Source: Octopus sinensis
Taxonomy: Eukaryota
NCBI RefSeq assembly: GCF_006345805.1
Contig: NC_043008.1
Span: 33,108,001-33,172,000 of the forward strand
Reading direction: 5' to 3'
Length of the DNA stretch: 64,000 bases
Every line of letters starts with the position of its first letter. Positions within the stretch are counted from its first letter, which is position 1. Under the pieces are notes generated by a model, which ran no database searches, was not told the DNA's origin, and worked only from the letters and a program-made list of their open reading frames with translations. This document shows, one piece after another, positions 50,120-62,551 of this stretch. A program made the translations under genes and the position numbers.

Positions 50120-50540
50120 CTATCTATCTATCCATTTATCTATTTCTATCTATCTATCTATCTGTCCATTTATCTATTTCTATCTATCTATCTATCCATT
50201 TATCTATTTCTATCTATCTCTATCCATTTATCTATTTCTATCTATCTATCTCTATCTATCCATTTATTTGTTTCTATCTATCTATCTATCTATCTCTATC
50301 CATTTATTTGTTTCTATCTATCTATCTCTATCTCTTTATCTATTTCTATCTATCTACCTCTATCTATCTATCCATTTATCTGTTTCTATCTATCTATCTG
50401 TCTATCTATTTGTCTATCTATCTCTATCCATTTATCTATTTCTATTTATCTATCTATCCATTTATTTATGTCTATCTACCTATCTATTTATCTAATAATC
50501 TATTTATCTATCAATCTATTTATTTATCAATTTATGTAGA
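49520..50540. repeat. About 1-kb compound (TATC)n / GATA satellite with a higher-order unit
   Basis: Recurrent tatccatttatctatttc(tatc)n; identical 60-bp blocks start at 49861, 49921 and 49981. Confidence 0.95.
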
Positions 50541-50871
50541 TGGGTGAATAGATGGATTAGTAGTCACAGGTGTAGCTGTGTGGTTGAAAAGCATGCTTCA
50601 CAACCATGTGGTCTCAGGTTCAGTCCCACTGTACAACATCTTGAACATGTGTCTTCTACTATAGCCCTGGATCAACCTATACCTTGTGTGTGGTTTTGAT
50701 TGATGGAAACTATATGGAAGCTCAGTACACAGCATTGAATAATCACAACAATGATGAAATATGAATGTCTATCGCTCCAAAAAGAGACCAGGCGTGAGTT
50801 GTGTTGCTTGCCTATGACTTATTTTCAGGAGTTTTTAACACCAGGCACATTGAGAATATATTCTTCTGACA

Positions 50872-51297
50872 CATAAAAAGCACCATCCGAACGTGGCCGT
50901 TGCCAGTGCAGCCTCCACTGGCTTCTGTGCCAGTGGCACATAAAAAGCACCATCCGAACGTGACCGATGCCAACCCTGCCTCGAATGGCTTCTGTGCCGG
51001 TGGCACATAAAAAGCACCATCCGAACGTGGCCGATGCCAGCACCGCCTTGACTGGCTTCTGTGCCGGTAGCACATAAAAAAAGCACCAACCGATCGTGGT
51101 CGATGCCAGACCCCTCTGGCACCTGTGCAGGTGGCACGTAAAAAGCACCCACTACACTCGCGGAGTGGTTGGCATTAGGAAGGGCATCCAGCTGTAGAAA
51201 CACAGCCAGATCAGACTGGAGCCTGGGGCAGCCCCTGGCTCCCCAGACCCCGGTCGAACCGTCCAACCCGTGCTAGCACGGAAAACGGAAGTTAAAC

Positions 51298-51340
<43 letters not shown>
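50872..51340 (+). mobile_element. RTE-LINE 3' tail with 4-5 tandem hairpin modules and long (GAT)n
   Basis: Repeated aaaagcaccatccgaacgtggccgatgccag...gtggcacat units, then the common core and tail. Confidence 0.82.
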
Positions 51341-51343
<3 letters not shown>

Positions 51344-51512
51344 CCTAAAACGTAGCCAACACACACACCTTGTGTATGTGTGCTCAGTTTTGTTTATATG
51401 TGTCTGTGTGTAAATATATATTATATGGATTCATGAATGTGTATTTGAATGTGATTGTATATTAGATTACATCATAAATTATAATTTATAAATATGCTTA
51501 CATATAAACACA

Positions 51513-52384
51513 TGCAGAGTGTAATGGGTAAATTGTCACCATTTTATACTTGTAATTTTGCGCATTGTTTGTTTTTGATTTTGTCAACTATACAGTATAG
51601 TAGGATTAGTTGGGCACCATCTGTGAGAAAAACAGCACCAGGATGCAATTCACTCAACCAGAAATTTGGAAATGACAAGCTGTACTGCTTGGCATTCACG
51701 CCAGAAGCTCCAATTCAAATATTTCAGATTGTTTGGGTGTCAATCTGAGGACATGTACCAAGAGTGATAAAAATCAAACATCCAATCAACATAATGGTGT
51801 TTGGAGTGATCACTAGTGATGGCGACATTATGCCTCCGTTCATCATCCAACATGGCCTCAGACTCAACATGGAGGCCTACATCAAGGGCCTGGAGGAGGT
51901 GGTGCTGCCCTGGGTCAAGAGGGTGGCTGCTGGAAGACCCTATGTCTGTCAACAGGACTATGCACAATGTCACTCAAGCAGGAGGACCCACTCATGGTTG
52001 TCAGATAATTTCTGCAAACCACATCACCCCTAACATCTGGTGACCTAAGTCCCCAGGATGCAACCCTCTTCATTATTATGTGGTGGATACAGTTGAGTGA
52101 GAGTCTAACAAAACTCTTTGTAACACCAAAGATGAACTGAAGGCAAGGATTATGACAACATTCACCAACTTAAACAAGGAGACCGTCCAGAAGAGTTGCA
52201 GGAGATTGCAAAGTTGTCTGGGGGCTGTGGTTGAAGCCAATGGTGATTTTATAGAATAAATTTACTCTTCAGTATTTCCAGATATTTTTATGCAATTTTT
52301 GTAAATGTATCTGTATAAATCAGATGTCAGTGTTATTTTCATTTTTGCATAATTTAGATGGCAATATATTCAGCATACCCTGTA
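51513..52384 (+). mobile_element. maT (DD37D) transposon deletion derivative with both ends
   Basis: Right end atggcaatatattcagcataccctg-TA is complementary to the family left TIR; transposase C-half remnant as at 10.6 kb. Confidence 0.82.
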
Positions 52385-52935
52385 TGTGTGTGTGCATGTG
52401 TATATATATATATGCATATGTATAGACTTTAGTTTTATATGTATGCAGACCTCTCAGTCAAAACAAATACAGTAGAAGTAGCACTCAGCAGTAGTGAGAA
52501 ATAAATAAACTTCAGGTTAGTTCAAATATGTTTGTGGCATATTTTAACTTCTAAAGGTATTTTCACTGCAGTTTACTGTGGAGAAAAACATCCTTGCTTA
52601 TATTAAAAGGTGTAAAAACACCTCATCTGCTCAGTGTTGCTCTCTATCAGACTCTTAGATATGTTTCTGGTTCCTTAACCTTCTTCAGGAGATACCAAAG
52701 AGAGATAATCCGGAGTAAATTAAAATGCCATAGCTTAATAATGGAACAGTCAATACATACATATATACATACATGCATATGTACACACACATACATATAT
52801 CAAAATCAATTACAAAGAATACAGAGTCTGGTACATCTTCAAATTTTTCTTTTAATTTAACAGTTAATTAGACAGCATAATTAGTTAGTTAAAATGACAA
52901 TTTATCCCTATATACTCATCATTTTATATATATAA

Positions 52936-53841
52936 AATGAAATTAATGTATATCAGAAGAACAGAGGTTTGCACATCCAAGTTTTATTTTACAGTTATTT
53001 ACAAGGTTCTTCACTTAGATTACATGTGTTTCTACTGCAAGCTGCTGTGCACTGTTAAGAATGTATTTTGGTGTTAATTATCAGTGCAATTTCAACAGGG
53101 TCGTTTATTACTGCTGTTCAGATATCCTCTGAAGAGATTATTTGATCAACAAAAAATATTCCCTTATAAGAGAATCATTTTGGTCAATCCTTTATAACTC
53201 TTTTACTTGTTTCAGTCATTTAACTGTGGCCACGCTGGAGCACCGCCTTTAGTCAAGCAAATCGACCCCAGAACTTATTCCTTAGAAGCCTAGTACTTTA
53301 TTCTATCAGTTCTTTTTGCCGAACCACTAAGTTACGGGGACGTAAACACACCAGCATTGGTTGTCAAGTAATGCTGGGGGGACAAACACAGACGAAAAAA
53401 CATATATACACACATACATATATATATATATATATGCATATATACGAAGGGCTTCTTTCAGTTTCCGTCTACCAAATCCACTCACAAGGCTTTGGTTGGC
53501 CCAAGGCTGTAGTAGAAGACACTTGCCCAAAGTGCCACACAGTGGGAATGAACCCAGAACCATGTGGTTCATAAGCAAGCTACTTACCACTCAGCCACTC
53601 CTGCGCCTATAAGGGAATAATTTTAGTGAATCTCAAAGACTCTTCAGATGATATGTGAACAGCAATAATAAACAACCCTAATAAAGTTGCACCGATAATT
53701 AACACCAAGACGCACACTTAACAGTGTGCAGTGGCTTGCATTAGAAACACATGTAGGTCTAACTGAAGAATGATGTAAATAACTGTATAATAAAACTTGG
53801 ATGTGCAAATCTCCATCCTTCTGATATTCATTAATTTCATT
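52936..53841. repeat. Diverged about 233-bp inverted repeat (52936-53168 / 53608-53841) with a SINE near its axis
   Basis: Arms align as diverged reverse complements; both contain outward-reading GAAAC-ACAT-GTA. Confidence 0.8.
53195..53607 (-). mobile_element. tRNA-derived SINE, full-length young copy
   Basis: Same family as 19677-20077. Confidence 0.9.
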
Positions 53842-54029
53842 ATTTTCTCTACAGAAACTATGCACTCCTTATAAGGTCATTTAGATTTACCAAGTGAGGA
53901 TTAATCGAGTATAGTAAATTTTAACTAACTCAAGTTTCATCAACGCTCACTGTGGCTAGCCAGCGTTGACAACTAATAAGAGCAAATACGGTAACCACCA
54001 GGATTATATATCCCTCAAAACCATTTTTG

Positions 54030-54120
<91 letters not shown>

Positions 54121-54354
54121 CAAAATAAAAATTCTAATGCCAAATATGCCGAAAAAAAGACAAAATTGTCAATAGCCATTATAATTTATGCGTCTCGAAA
54201 CAAACCGATAGAAATTTCTAAAAAATCCATTATTACCATATTGATCCCTTATTTTGTAAATTATTTATAAATTTAACCTTTAAAGGTATTTTTTGATATG
54301 CTGGCCATTGATAAAATTTTTTTCTCAAAAAAAAATTTTATCCTACATTAGTTT

Positions 54355-54412
<58 letters not shown>

Positions 54413-54449
54413 TGGATGGACGGACAGATAGACAGACAGACACAGATAC

Positions 54450-54561
54450 CTGTTATATAGCAAAAGGAGGGCATCATCAACAAGAAGAACATCAAAAGTT
54501 TGCTTTGGAAGGATGGCAGATCTAGTAAGGAGTATTGGTTCACCTACAAGCTCCAAGTATC
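54450..54561 (-). CDS. CTC1: CTC1 exon 4 (112 nt, phase 1-2)
   Basis: ttaattattttcag|GA TAC ... AAC AG|gtatct; GYLELVGEPILL matches recalled human GHLELWDAPVPV. Confidence 0.87.
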
Positions 54562-54744
54562 CTGAAAATAATTAAATAAAAAAAATAAATCATGTATGTT
54601 TTCAGGTGTATCAAATGTTAATTAAAGTGAGAATGATTAATAACGAAGGCATGAGACACAATTACTATTCTCTTAAATGATGTCCTTCTTCATTGCATTT
54701 GGTTCTGTCCTGGTTGTGGAGAAGATTTGCATCATGCAGATGGA

Positions 54745-54945
54745 TACATAGTATTAGTGGTGGTGTTGGTGGTAGTGGCAGTAGTGGTGATAGTGGTGGT
54801 CGTGGTGGTAACTGCAATAGTGGTGGCAACTGTGGTGGTTGTGGTGTCGGCTATGACAGCAGCAGCAGCAACTGTGGTGATGGTAGCAATAGTGGCAGTG
54901 GTGTCAGTAGTGATGGAGGTAGTGGTGGCAACTATGGTGGTAAAT
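54745..54945. repeat. Imperfect (GGT/AGT/AGC)n tract
   Basis: Visible directly. Confidence 0.9.
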
Positions 54946-55685
54946 GAGGAACGGGGGGGATACTGAACTGAGCAACAGATTAAGCCAACCACTCAGTATT
55001 TTTATATAAAGGCCAACTGACAAATTTCTGCAGTTTTCATCTTGGATTTGTATGATAGAAGAAGACAACAAATTCTGTTAAAAATTTTCATAGCAAAATT
55101 TTTATTCTTTACATACATAAAAGAAAAAACAAACACTGTTGTTACTACAAACAAAACATTGAGACAGTTTGAAGATAATTGTTCATGGCTTGATGTGCTT
55201 GAACCAGCAGTCAAAACGTTGGCCACTGGTCATTGTATTATTGTTGCCAATCATTCATTGCGGTTATAGTCAGCAGCTGTCCGCATCTGTTGCCATCCAT
55301 CTGCCTTCTCATCTCTACTGCCTCTCAGTGCTCTCTCTGCAGCAGCCCAAAGCTCTCTGTCGAGTAGTCACAGTATATCAAATTTATACTGATTGATAGG
55401 CTAAGAAAGAAGCACACCAAAAGATGAAATTGTCACCGAAGCCTATCCAACACAAAGTCGTGATTAGTCAGATTTGGGGATCACATGGGTAATATTCTAG
55501 TGAATCATGACATCAGGTGATTGCTGAATATTCCCATGACAGATTAAATCTAGCCTATGATAGCAAGTAAGAAAGTTGCCAGAAGTGTTGTACAGCAGGA
55601 TCAAACCTGCACACAGCAACAAAAAAAAACAAAGAGGTGGAACAATTGACAGCGACTAAAATAAAATAATGTAGTCAGAACTTAC

Positions 55686-55779
55686 CAGATTTCTTAGATG
55701 TATAAATGACATTAACATTTGTAACCAAGATCCATTTATCCACCAGACTATGCAGTTCGTTGCATCCAGAGATGCTTAG
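55686..55779 (-). CDS. CTC1: CTC1 exon 3 (94 nt, phase 0-1)
   Basis: ttttatttatttcag|CTA ... TCTG|gtaagt; LSISGCNELHSLVDKWILVTNVNVIYTSKKS; phases join exons 2 and 4. Confidence 0.85.
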
Positions 55780-57077
55780 CTGAAATAAATAAAAGAAAAA
55801 GGTACACACTCATATAGAAAATGTGATGTCATGGTCGTTGTTGTTGTCGTGGTATAAAATGTTTACAATATTTGACTTATAGAAAAGATTATAATGTAAA
55901 ATTTTTCTAATGCAAATTTGTAAATGAAAATAAAGTTCATTTGATAGTTGAAAGATTACTGAATGTTTTGATACCCATATGTCAAAATCAGCAACTCTGT
56001 TTTCGAATGCATAAGGAAGATACACACACACAAACTCTCATTTATATATTTGGAAGACGTCCCTGTCTGTCGTTCTCTCTGTCTGTCTCTCATATTCCGT
56101 GTGTCTAACTCTTCCTGTCTCCTCCCCTTCCCTGATATCAGCCACCCTCATTATGCCACATTTCCCTAAACCTAACACTTTTGCACCCCTCTCATTTCAT
56201 CATGTAATAGCTCAACTCCCATAGTCAGTCCATTATTGATTTTTATTGAAATCCAATCAGCCTATAACTGAAATGGATGTTAGTTCAACATGTATACAAC
56301 GTTTGGTGAAGATTGGTTCCATGGTTTGGGCAGCGAGATGATAACAGGCAGACGGACAGAGAGACGGAGAGAAATAGCCATTTATATATAAGATATATAT
56401 ATATATCTTGTACCATTGCCACTTAAAATGCACTCATGTTGGTGTCGTGTAAGATGCACTCATCCTGATGTCACATAAAATGCATTTGTGCCAGTGCCAC
56501 AAGCACATAGAAGCACCCAGCACACTCTGTAAAGTGGTTGGCATTAGGAATGGTATCCAGCCATAGAAACTGGACAGACCTCCGGTAATCAACTTCTGTC
56601 AAATTGTCCAACCCTTGCCAGCATGGAAAACAGACATTGAACAATGATGCTTTTGATGATATATATATATATATATACTGATTTCTACACCAGGTCATTG
56701 GTATCACTGTGTAAAGCAACATTTTAAAACATCTTTAGAGGTTTATGAAGATTCATATTGTGCGTGTGAGTGTGAGTGTGTATGTATATATATATGTATA
56801 ATTTTCATCATTATTTAGTGTCTACTTTCTATGCTAGAATGGGTTAGACAGTTTGACTGGAACTGGTAAGTCGGAGACCTGCATCAGGTTCCAGTCTGGT
56901 TTGGCATGGTTTCTGTGACTGGATGCCCTTCTTAATCCACTCCAAGAGTGTAATGGGTGCTCTTAATGTGTCTCCAACATTGGCCACGACTACAATTTCA
57001 CTTGGCTTGACAAGTCATCTCAAGCACAGCATATCACAAATGGTCTCAGTCACTTGTTATCGCTTTCATGAGGCCCA

Positions 57078-57126
<49 letters not shown>

Positions 57127-57349
57127 ACAGGTTTTTTTTCAATTTTCATTTACCAAATCCATTTACAAGGCTTTGGTCATCCCAGGTCTGTAGAAGACTA
57201 TTACCTAAGGTACCACATGGAGCCAAACCCAAGGCTGTATAGTCTACATGTTGATTAAATACAAAGCCATGCCTGCACCTATACACACTAACACACACAC
57301 ACACATACATACATATATACATACAAACAAAATAATTTGAGAAACTTAC

Positions 57350-57751
57350 ATGGCAAGGAATTTGAGAAGTTGAGTCTTGCAGATGAAGTGTGTTGAAAAT
57401 AAGACCTCTATCTGATAGTGGTGTTTCGTTTTGAGAAGACAGAAATCCAAAAAGAATTAAATCTTCACACGGTAGACATTCTAGACTGGTATCATAGCTT
57501 TTAGATACACAATTTATAGAACATTCTATATTTCCAGATTTGTTTAAAGGAAGAACTAGTTTGTAATGACAAGTGTATTTATCAAAAATATTTTCAAGAC
57601 AAGCAAATTGCAATGTTAAAAGCTTTACAGAACAAATGTTATCAAGGAGTGTCTTTAGTACATCAGGAGCTGGTGGTATTGGGCAGGAATCTTTGGGAAT
57701 AAATTTGACTCTGTCATAATGACTCAGGAACAGGTTCAGGAACTGTTGTCC
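57350..57751 (-). CDS. CTC1: CTC1 exon 2 (402 nt, phase 0-0), N-terminal OB region
   Basis: ttattctgcttttcag|GGA ... TGCCAT|gtaagt; open for 134 codons. EDLILFGFLS...TLHLQDSTSQIPCH resembles recalled human CTC1 EQLLLLGTLT...SLYVRDNTGVLSCE. Confidence 0.88.
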
Positions 57752-57869
57752 CTGAAAAGCAGAATAAAATAAAAATTAAGAATAACAAACTAATATGTAA
57801 TTTGGTATTCAATATTATATGTGTGTGTGCGTGTGTTTGTGCGTGTGTATATATATATATATATATATA

Positions 57870-59092
57870 TTGGGTCATGCCATAAATAATGCTGTTTTTT
57901 TTATACTTCTTTTATTTTTCAAAAAATAAACAAAGTTCTTTTTTAATCTAAAATATACTTTCCCTTCATTTTCTGCAATGCTCTTCCATCTATCTAGTAG
58001 ACTTGTAAAGGTCTCTTCCAAAATTCATTTCATCATGATGAAAAATACTCCCCCAGTACTATTCTGACCTCATCTACAGAATTCATGTTTTTTCCGTCCA
58101 AATGATTTTGAACACTGCGGAATAAATGATAATCAGATGGGGCAATGTCCGGCGAATATGGTAGGTGGGACATCATTTCCCATTCAAACAGTTCCAGCTT
58201 TTGGCATGTCATCCTTACTGTATACGGCCAAGCATTATCCTGATGGAAGAAAACCTTGGGCGTTTTTGTTCTAGCACTGACTTAAGCCACCCAACCTCCT
58301 CACAGTGGATCTCTTTTGTTATCATTTGGTTTGGGTTTAAAGTGAAGTAAACCTTTCATATCCCACCAAACAGATAACAACACCATATGTGAGTGAAGAC
58401 CTTCTTTAGCTTGGGATGCCAGTGATTCTCCTTCCCCTAACCACTGTCTTCAACGTTTGACATTTTTATAGAGAACCCATTTCTCCTCACCAGTCACTAT
58501 TTGATCCAAAAAAAATTTCATTCATGAGACGTGGCAACAAAGAAAAGTGCACATTCACTCTCTGCGCGTGATTAGACTCCGAAAGTTTGTGAGGAACCCA
58601 TTGACCCAATTTGCTGGCTTTTCTGATAGCACACAGGTGTTGATGAATAGTTGAATAACCAAATCCAAGCTTCTCTGCTAGTTCAACAGTTACGATGGGA
58701 TTTTGTTCCACCAGGGTTTGCAAGATGTCCTCACTGAGCTCTATAGATCTTCCAGGACAACATTCATCTTCTAGACTGTAATTTCTAGTTTATGCTTTTT
58801 GTCTGATCCCCATATACTGCATTAATATTCCTCACACTTTTTGTTGTGTTGTTGTCTTTATTGAACTCACAAAGCAAAATATGCCGAATATACTCTTTTG
58901 TCACTTCCAGTATAGCTTTGAAAAAATAACTGTTAAAATCGAACTGCACTCTTCAAAACTTGCACTACGAATAAGCACAAGGTAAAATTACTACCTGCTT
59001 TTATAGCAAGTTGATGCAAGTAGTTTATCCCGTCCCCCTCTGACTTTTAGTTCATGCAATTGAAAAAATGCTTTATTTATGGGATGACCCAA
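57870..59092 (-). mobile_element. Near full-length degenerate mariner transposon
   Basis: TIRs ttgggtcatgccataaataa / ttatttatgggatgacccaa; WVPHKL, HDNA and YSPDIAPSDY motifs; 1223 bp; inserted in (TA)n. Confidence 0.9.
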
Positions 59093-59143
59093 CAGACAGA
59101 CAGACATAGATAGATGGATGGATGGATGGATGGAGGCACACAT

Positions 59144-59178
<35 letters not shown>

Positions 59179-59188
59179 CACACATATA

Positions 59189-59417
59189 TATGAGAGGGTG
59201 TTGAAAAGTTCCTGGCTTTGGGTAAAAGAAAATACATAAGGATTAGTTAATTATGATTTTATTCAACACATTCCCCTCCCAGATTCATGCACTTATTGCA
59301 ACAGTCTTTCAGTTTTTCTGAATCCTGTAAAAGAACTCAGAAGGTTGGGCCTCCAACCAGGCCTTTCACAACACCCTTAAAGCTAGGAACTTTTCAGCAC
59401 CCCCACCCCCTCCATAC
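59189..59417. mobile_element. mariner-derived MITE
   Basis: Inverted ends gggtgttgaaaagttcctggcttt / aaagctaggaacttttcagcaccc with TA flanks. Confidence 0.7.
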
Positions 59418-60639
59418 ACATACATAATTGCATGGTGTAGCTGCAAAGTTAAGAAGTTTACTTCCTAACCATGTGATTTTGGGTTCAGTCGCACTGTACA
59501 ATACCTTGAGCAAACATCTACTACTGTAGCCCAGGACAATCAAAGTGGATTTGTTAGATAGGAACTGAAAGAAACTAGTTATACAGACACACACACGCAT
59601 GTGTGTGTGCGCGCGCACGTGTGTGTGCCTATATATATGTGTATGTGCATGCATGTGTTTGTATCTTGACACTACATATTAATTGTAAATGAATGTCATA
59701 TAAGCAGCATCATTTGTTTGTAGTCTTCCAAGAAAACTTTTCCAGAAAAGACAAAAAATATTACCTTCTTGATTTAAAACAGATGAGAATTGGTAACAGG
59801 AGGGCATCTAGCCATAAAATGTTTGTCTCAGTAAGGGAAGCATCTACATGATTACTTGACATGCCTCAAATAACAATGAAATCTCCTTCAGATCTCAAAA
59901 TGCTTCCCAACTTGCCTGCCAACAACTAACATGGCTACTAGAGACTTTGATAATAATAATAATTCTCTTAACATTCTGAATTCAAATCCCAGGGAACTTG
60001 ATTTTATCCTTTACCCATCTTGGATCAATAAAATAATCTAATCATCTTCTATAATAATTCCATTCACATCTAGGATGCTACATATGAATACTAAATAAAC
60101 CCCACCATATGACTGGTATTTTATCAACTGCAGAAGGATGAAAGCTAAGGTTAACCAAAGTTATAGAATGTAAACTGAGTTATTACATCATCATCAAAAT
60201 ATCTAGTACCCCTGTTGGTTATTAGAAGCCGCTACTAAAGAATTGGTATTTGTATCATTATTCACAGGAACAATACATAAAAATAAATACTCTATTATTC
60301 TCTACAGGCATACATTGAAACTACAAGCTATCAAGGCAGTGATAAATTCTAAAGCACCCTACTACTGATGCTGCTTATATGACATTCATTTACAATTAGT
60401 AAGCAATGTCAAGACAAGGAGACACACACATCATGGGCTCTTCATTCAGTTTCTGTCAATCAAATTCACAAGATCTGGTTTGGCCTGGGGCTATAGTAGA
60501 AAACACTTCTCTAAGTTGCTTCACCATGAGAATGAACCTGACATCTTATGGTTACAATCTGAACTTCTTAATCACATAGTCATATGTATGTGTGTGCTGT
60601 TTCTTTACTGTGACACCTATTTACAACAAGTAAACTTGA

Positions 60640-61420
60640 TAACTGCAAAGTCATTGATTAGCTCCAGGTCAGCCACAATCAAACAAGTTTTTGTCCAACA
60701 TTTTAAATATTCTGTCTATCCACCACATAAGACCTGCCTTGAGGTCCAGGCTTTGTAGCAGTGTGGTAGCTTGTGTATCTTAGCAACAAAGAACTATGCC
60801 AGTAGAGTGCAAACTCAAAGTAGGATCTCCCATGCAGGACAAGTCAGAGAATAGAGGCCAGATTAACGTGGACCACCTCTTCCCAGAGATAAAAGTGGGT
60901 TTGTATATGGTCAAGGTATGTGGCTTAGTGGTTAGGGCATTCAGCTCACAATCATAAGGTCACGAGTTCAAATTCTTGTGACACGTTGTGTCCTTGAGCA
61001 AGACACTTTATTTCATGTTGCTCCAATCCACTCAGCTGGCAAAAATGATTTGTACCTGTATTTCAAAGGGCCAGCCTTGTCACACTCTGTGTCATGCTGA
61101 ATCCTGAATCTTCCTGAGAATTACATTAAAGGGTACACATGTCTGTGGAGTGTTCAGCCACATGCACATTAATTTCACAAGAAAGCTATTTTGTTCATTG
61201 AATCAACTGGAACCTTCACTGTTGTAAGTGACAATGTGCCATATATCTATGGTCAACACCCCTGCCTAGAAAAAAGCATAGTTACAGAAGTATTAATGGC
61301 AATTCAAAACCAACATGACCTGGGATAGAAGAGAAACAGGAAAGATAGCATAGGGTCAAAATGAGTGGAGAAAAGTTGCTGATGGACTATACTTCATAGG
61401 GCGATGAGAGCTAGTGCTAA
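60640..61420 (+). mobile_element. Gypsy-related remnant interrupted by a CORE-type SINE (about 60914-61240)
   Basis: 60860-60910 and 61250-61320 match consecutive parts of 41940-42060; SINE head and CORE-like box as at 27.3 kb. Confidence 0.55.
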
Positions 61421-61500
61421 TTCCATTTAAGACAGTGATTCTCAACGAAGAGTAAATTTACCCTTTTAAAGGTAAAGATTTACATGACATCCTGGATGCT

Positions 61501-61776
61501 GCAGTAAATAGGAGTGTCACTGCTTCTGTAGCCTAACAGAACAAAATCCTCAAGTATTCAGACTTGTTAATGAACCATTTCTTCCAGCCTGTGGTGTTTG
61601 AGACGTTTGGAGGGGCTGGGCCACTAATAGCAAAGTTCTTGTCATCGTTGGCAGCTCACCTTGCTGAGATGTCAAGAGATGTCCATGTGGGTGTTTGGCT
61701 GTTCCAATACCTTAGCCTTGCCATCACCTGTGGTAATGCCATGAGCATGTTGGCTTGCTTCATTAGGTTCCATTGA
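61501..61776 (+). mobile_element. CRE-like non-LTR retrotransposon C-terminal restriction-like endonuclease remnant
   Basis: A*QNKILKYSDL...FQPVVFETFGGAGP...FLSSL...WLFQYLSLAITCGNA resembles KxxKYxxL...FxPxAxETxG...FQRLSxAxQRGNA. Confidence 0.6.
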
Positions 61777-62551
61777 ACCTTGTGGTGTGCAGCCAGTTGA
61801 GGCAACTGGTGCTGAATTGATTTTTTTTTTCTTTCTTTCATCTTTTTTTCCTTTCTTCACTCAGGTTTGTATTTTCTTTGGTTTGGGATTTGTATTTTAA
61901 TGTCGTTTTGTATTATATATGTATCATATATATACGTGTTATATATGTAATAAAATAAAATAAACTGAAAAAACGGGTTAATACATCGTACTTGGTTATA
62001 TGTTATGTAATCAGAAACAGTTACAAAATAAGCACACACGTGTAACTTCACCCCGGCCCCTGAACATTCTTCTCATTTCAATGTTTTAAACGTCAGAGAT
62101 TGTTCTGTGAAAAGACATTCTGGATTATGTGATCCTGGATTCCCTCCTTGTATATAGGAAACAATGGGGAAGTCGTGGTAAGAAAGCTTCCGATCATAAT
62201 TGTATGCAATCAGGATTGACCTAGGGCTAAAACAATAACATCTCTACCCTACTGCATTCCTATGCATATAATATGGGTGTTGTGTGTGTGTGTGTGTGTA
62301 CGTGTATCATCATTTAAAGTGTTGACATGAGTTGACTTGAAATCTGGAGTAGATCATAATGTTCACTGGTAACGTTGTGAGTGTGTATGTTTGACTGTTC
62401 AGCTCTCTTGAGCAGATCAAAGTCATTGTCGGCAATCCCAACACATAAAAACAAAAATTAAAGAAACAAATTTTTTCCCACAAACTGCCGATTTTAAAAT
62501 TACGTTTAACACAACGTTTCTTTTACGAAGACCGAACATTACCATGCTTAC

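Noticed and set aside
49509-50539. 328- and 342-aa ORFs
   Set aside because: Translations of the (TATC)n satellite; stop-free by repeat composition.
50872-51150. CRISPR-like repeat-spacer interpretation of the module arrays
   Set aside because: The spacers are homologous to one another, the context is a eukaryotic LINE tail, and there are no cas genes.
54960-55072. Open stretch IIQIQDENCRNLSV as a CTC1 exon
   Set aside because: Exons 3 and 4 join in phase without it, the equivalent motif is already in exon 2, and there is no good donor.
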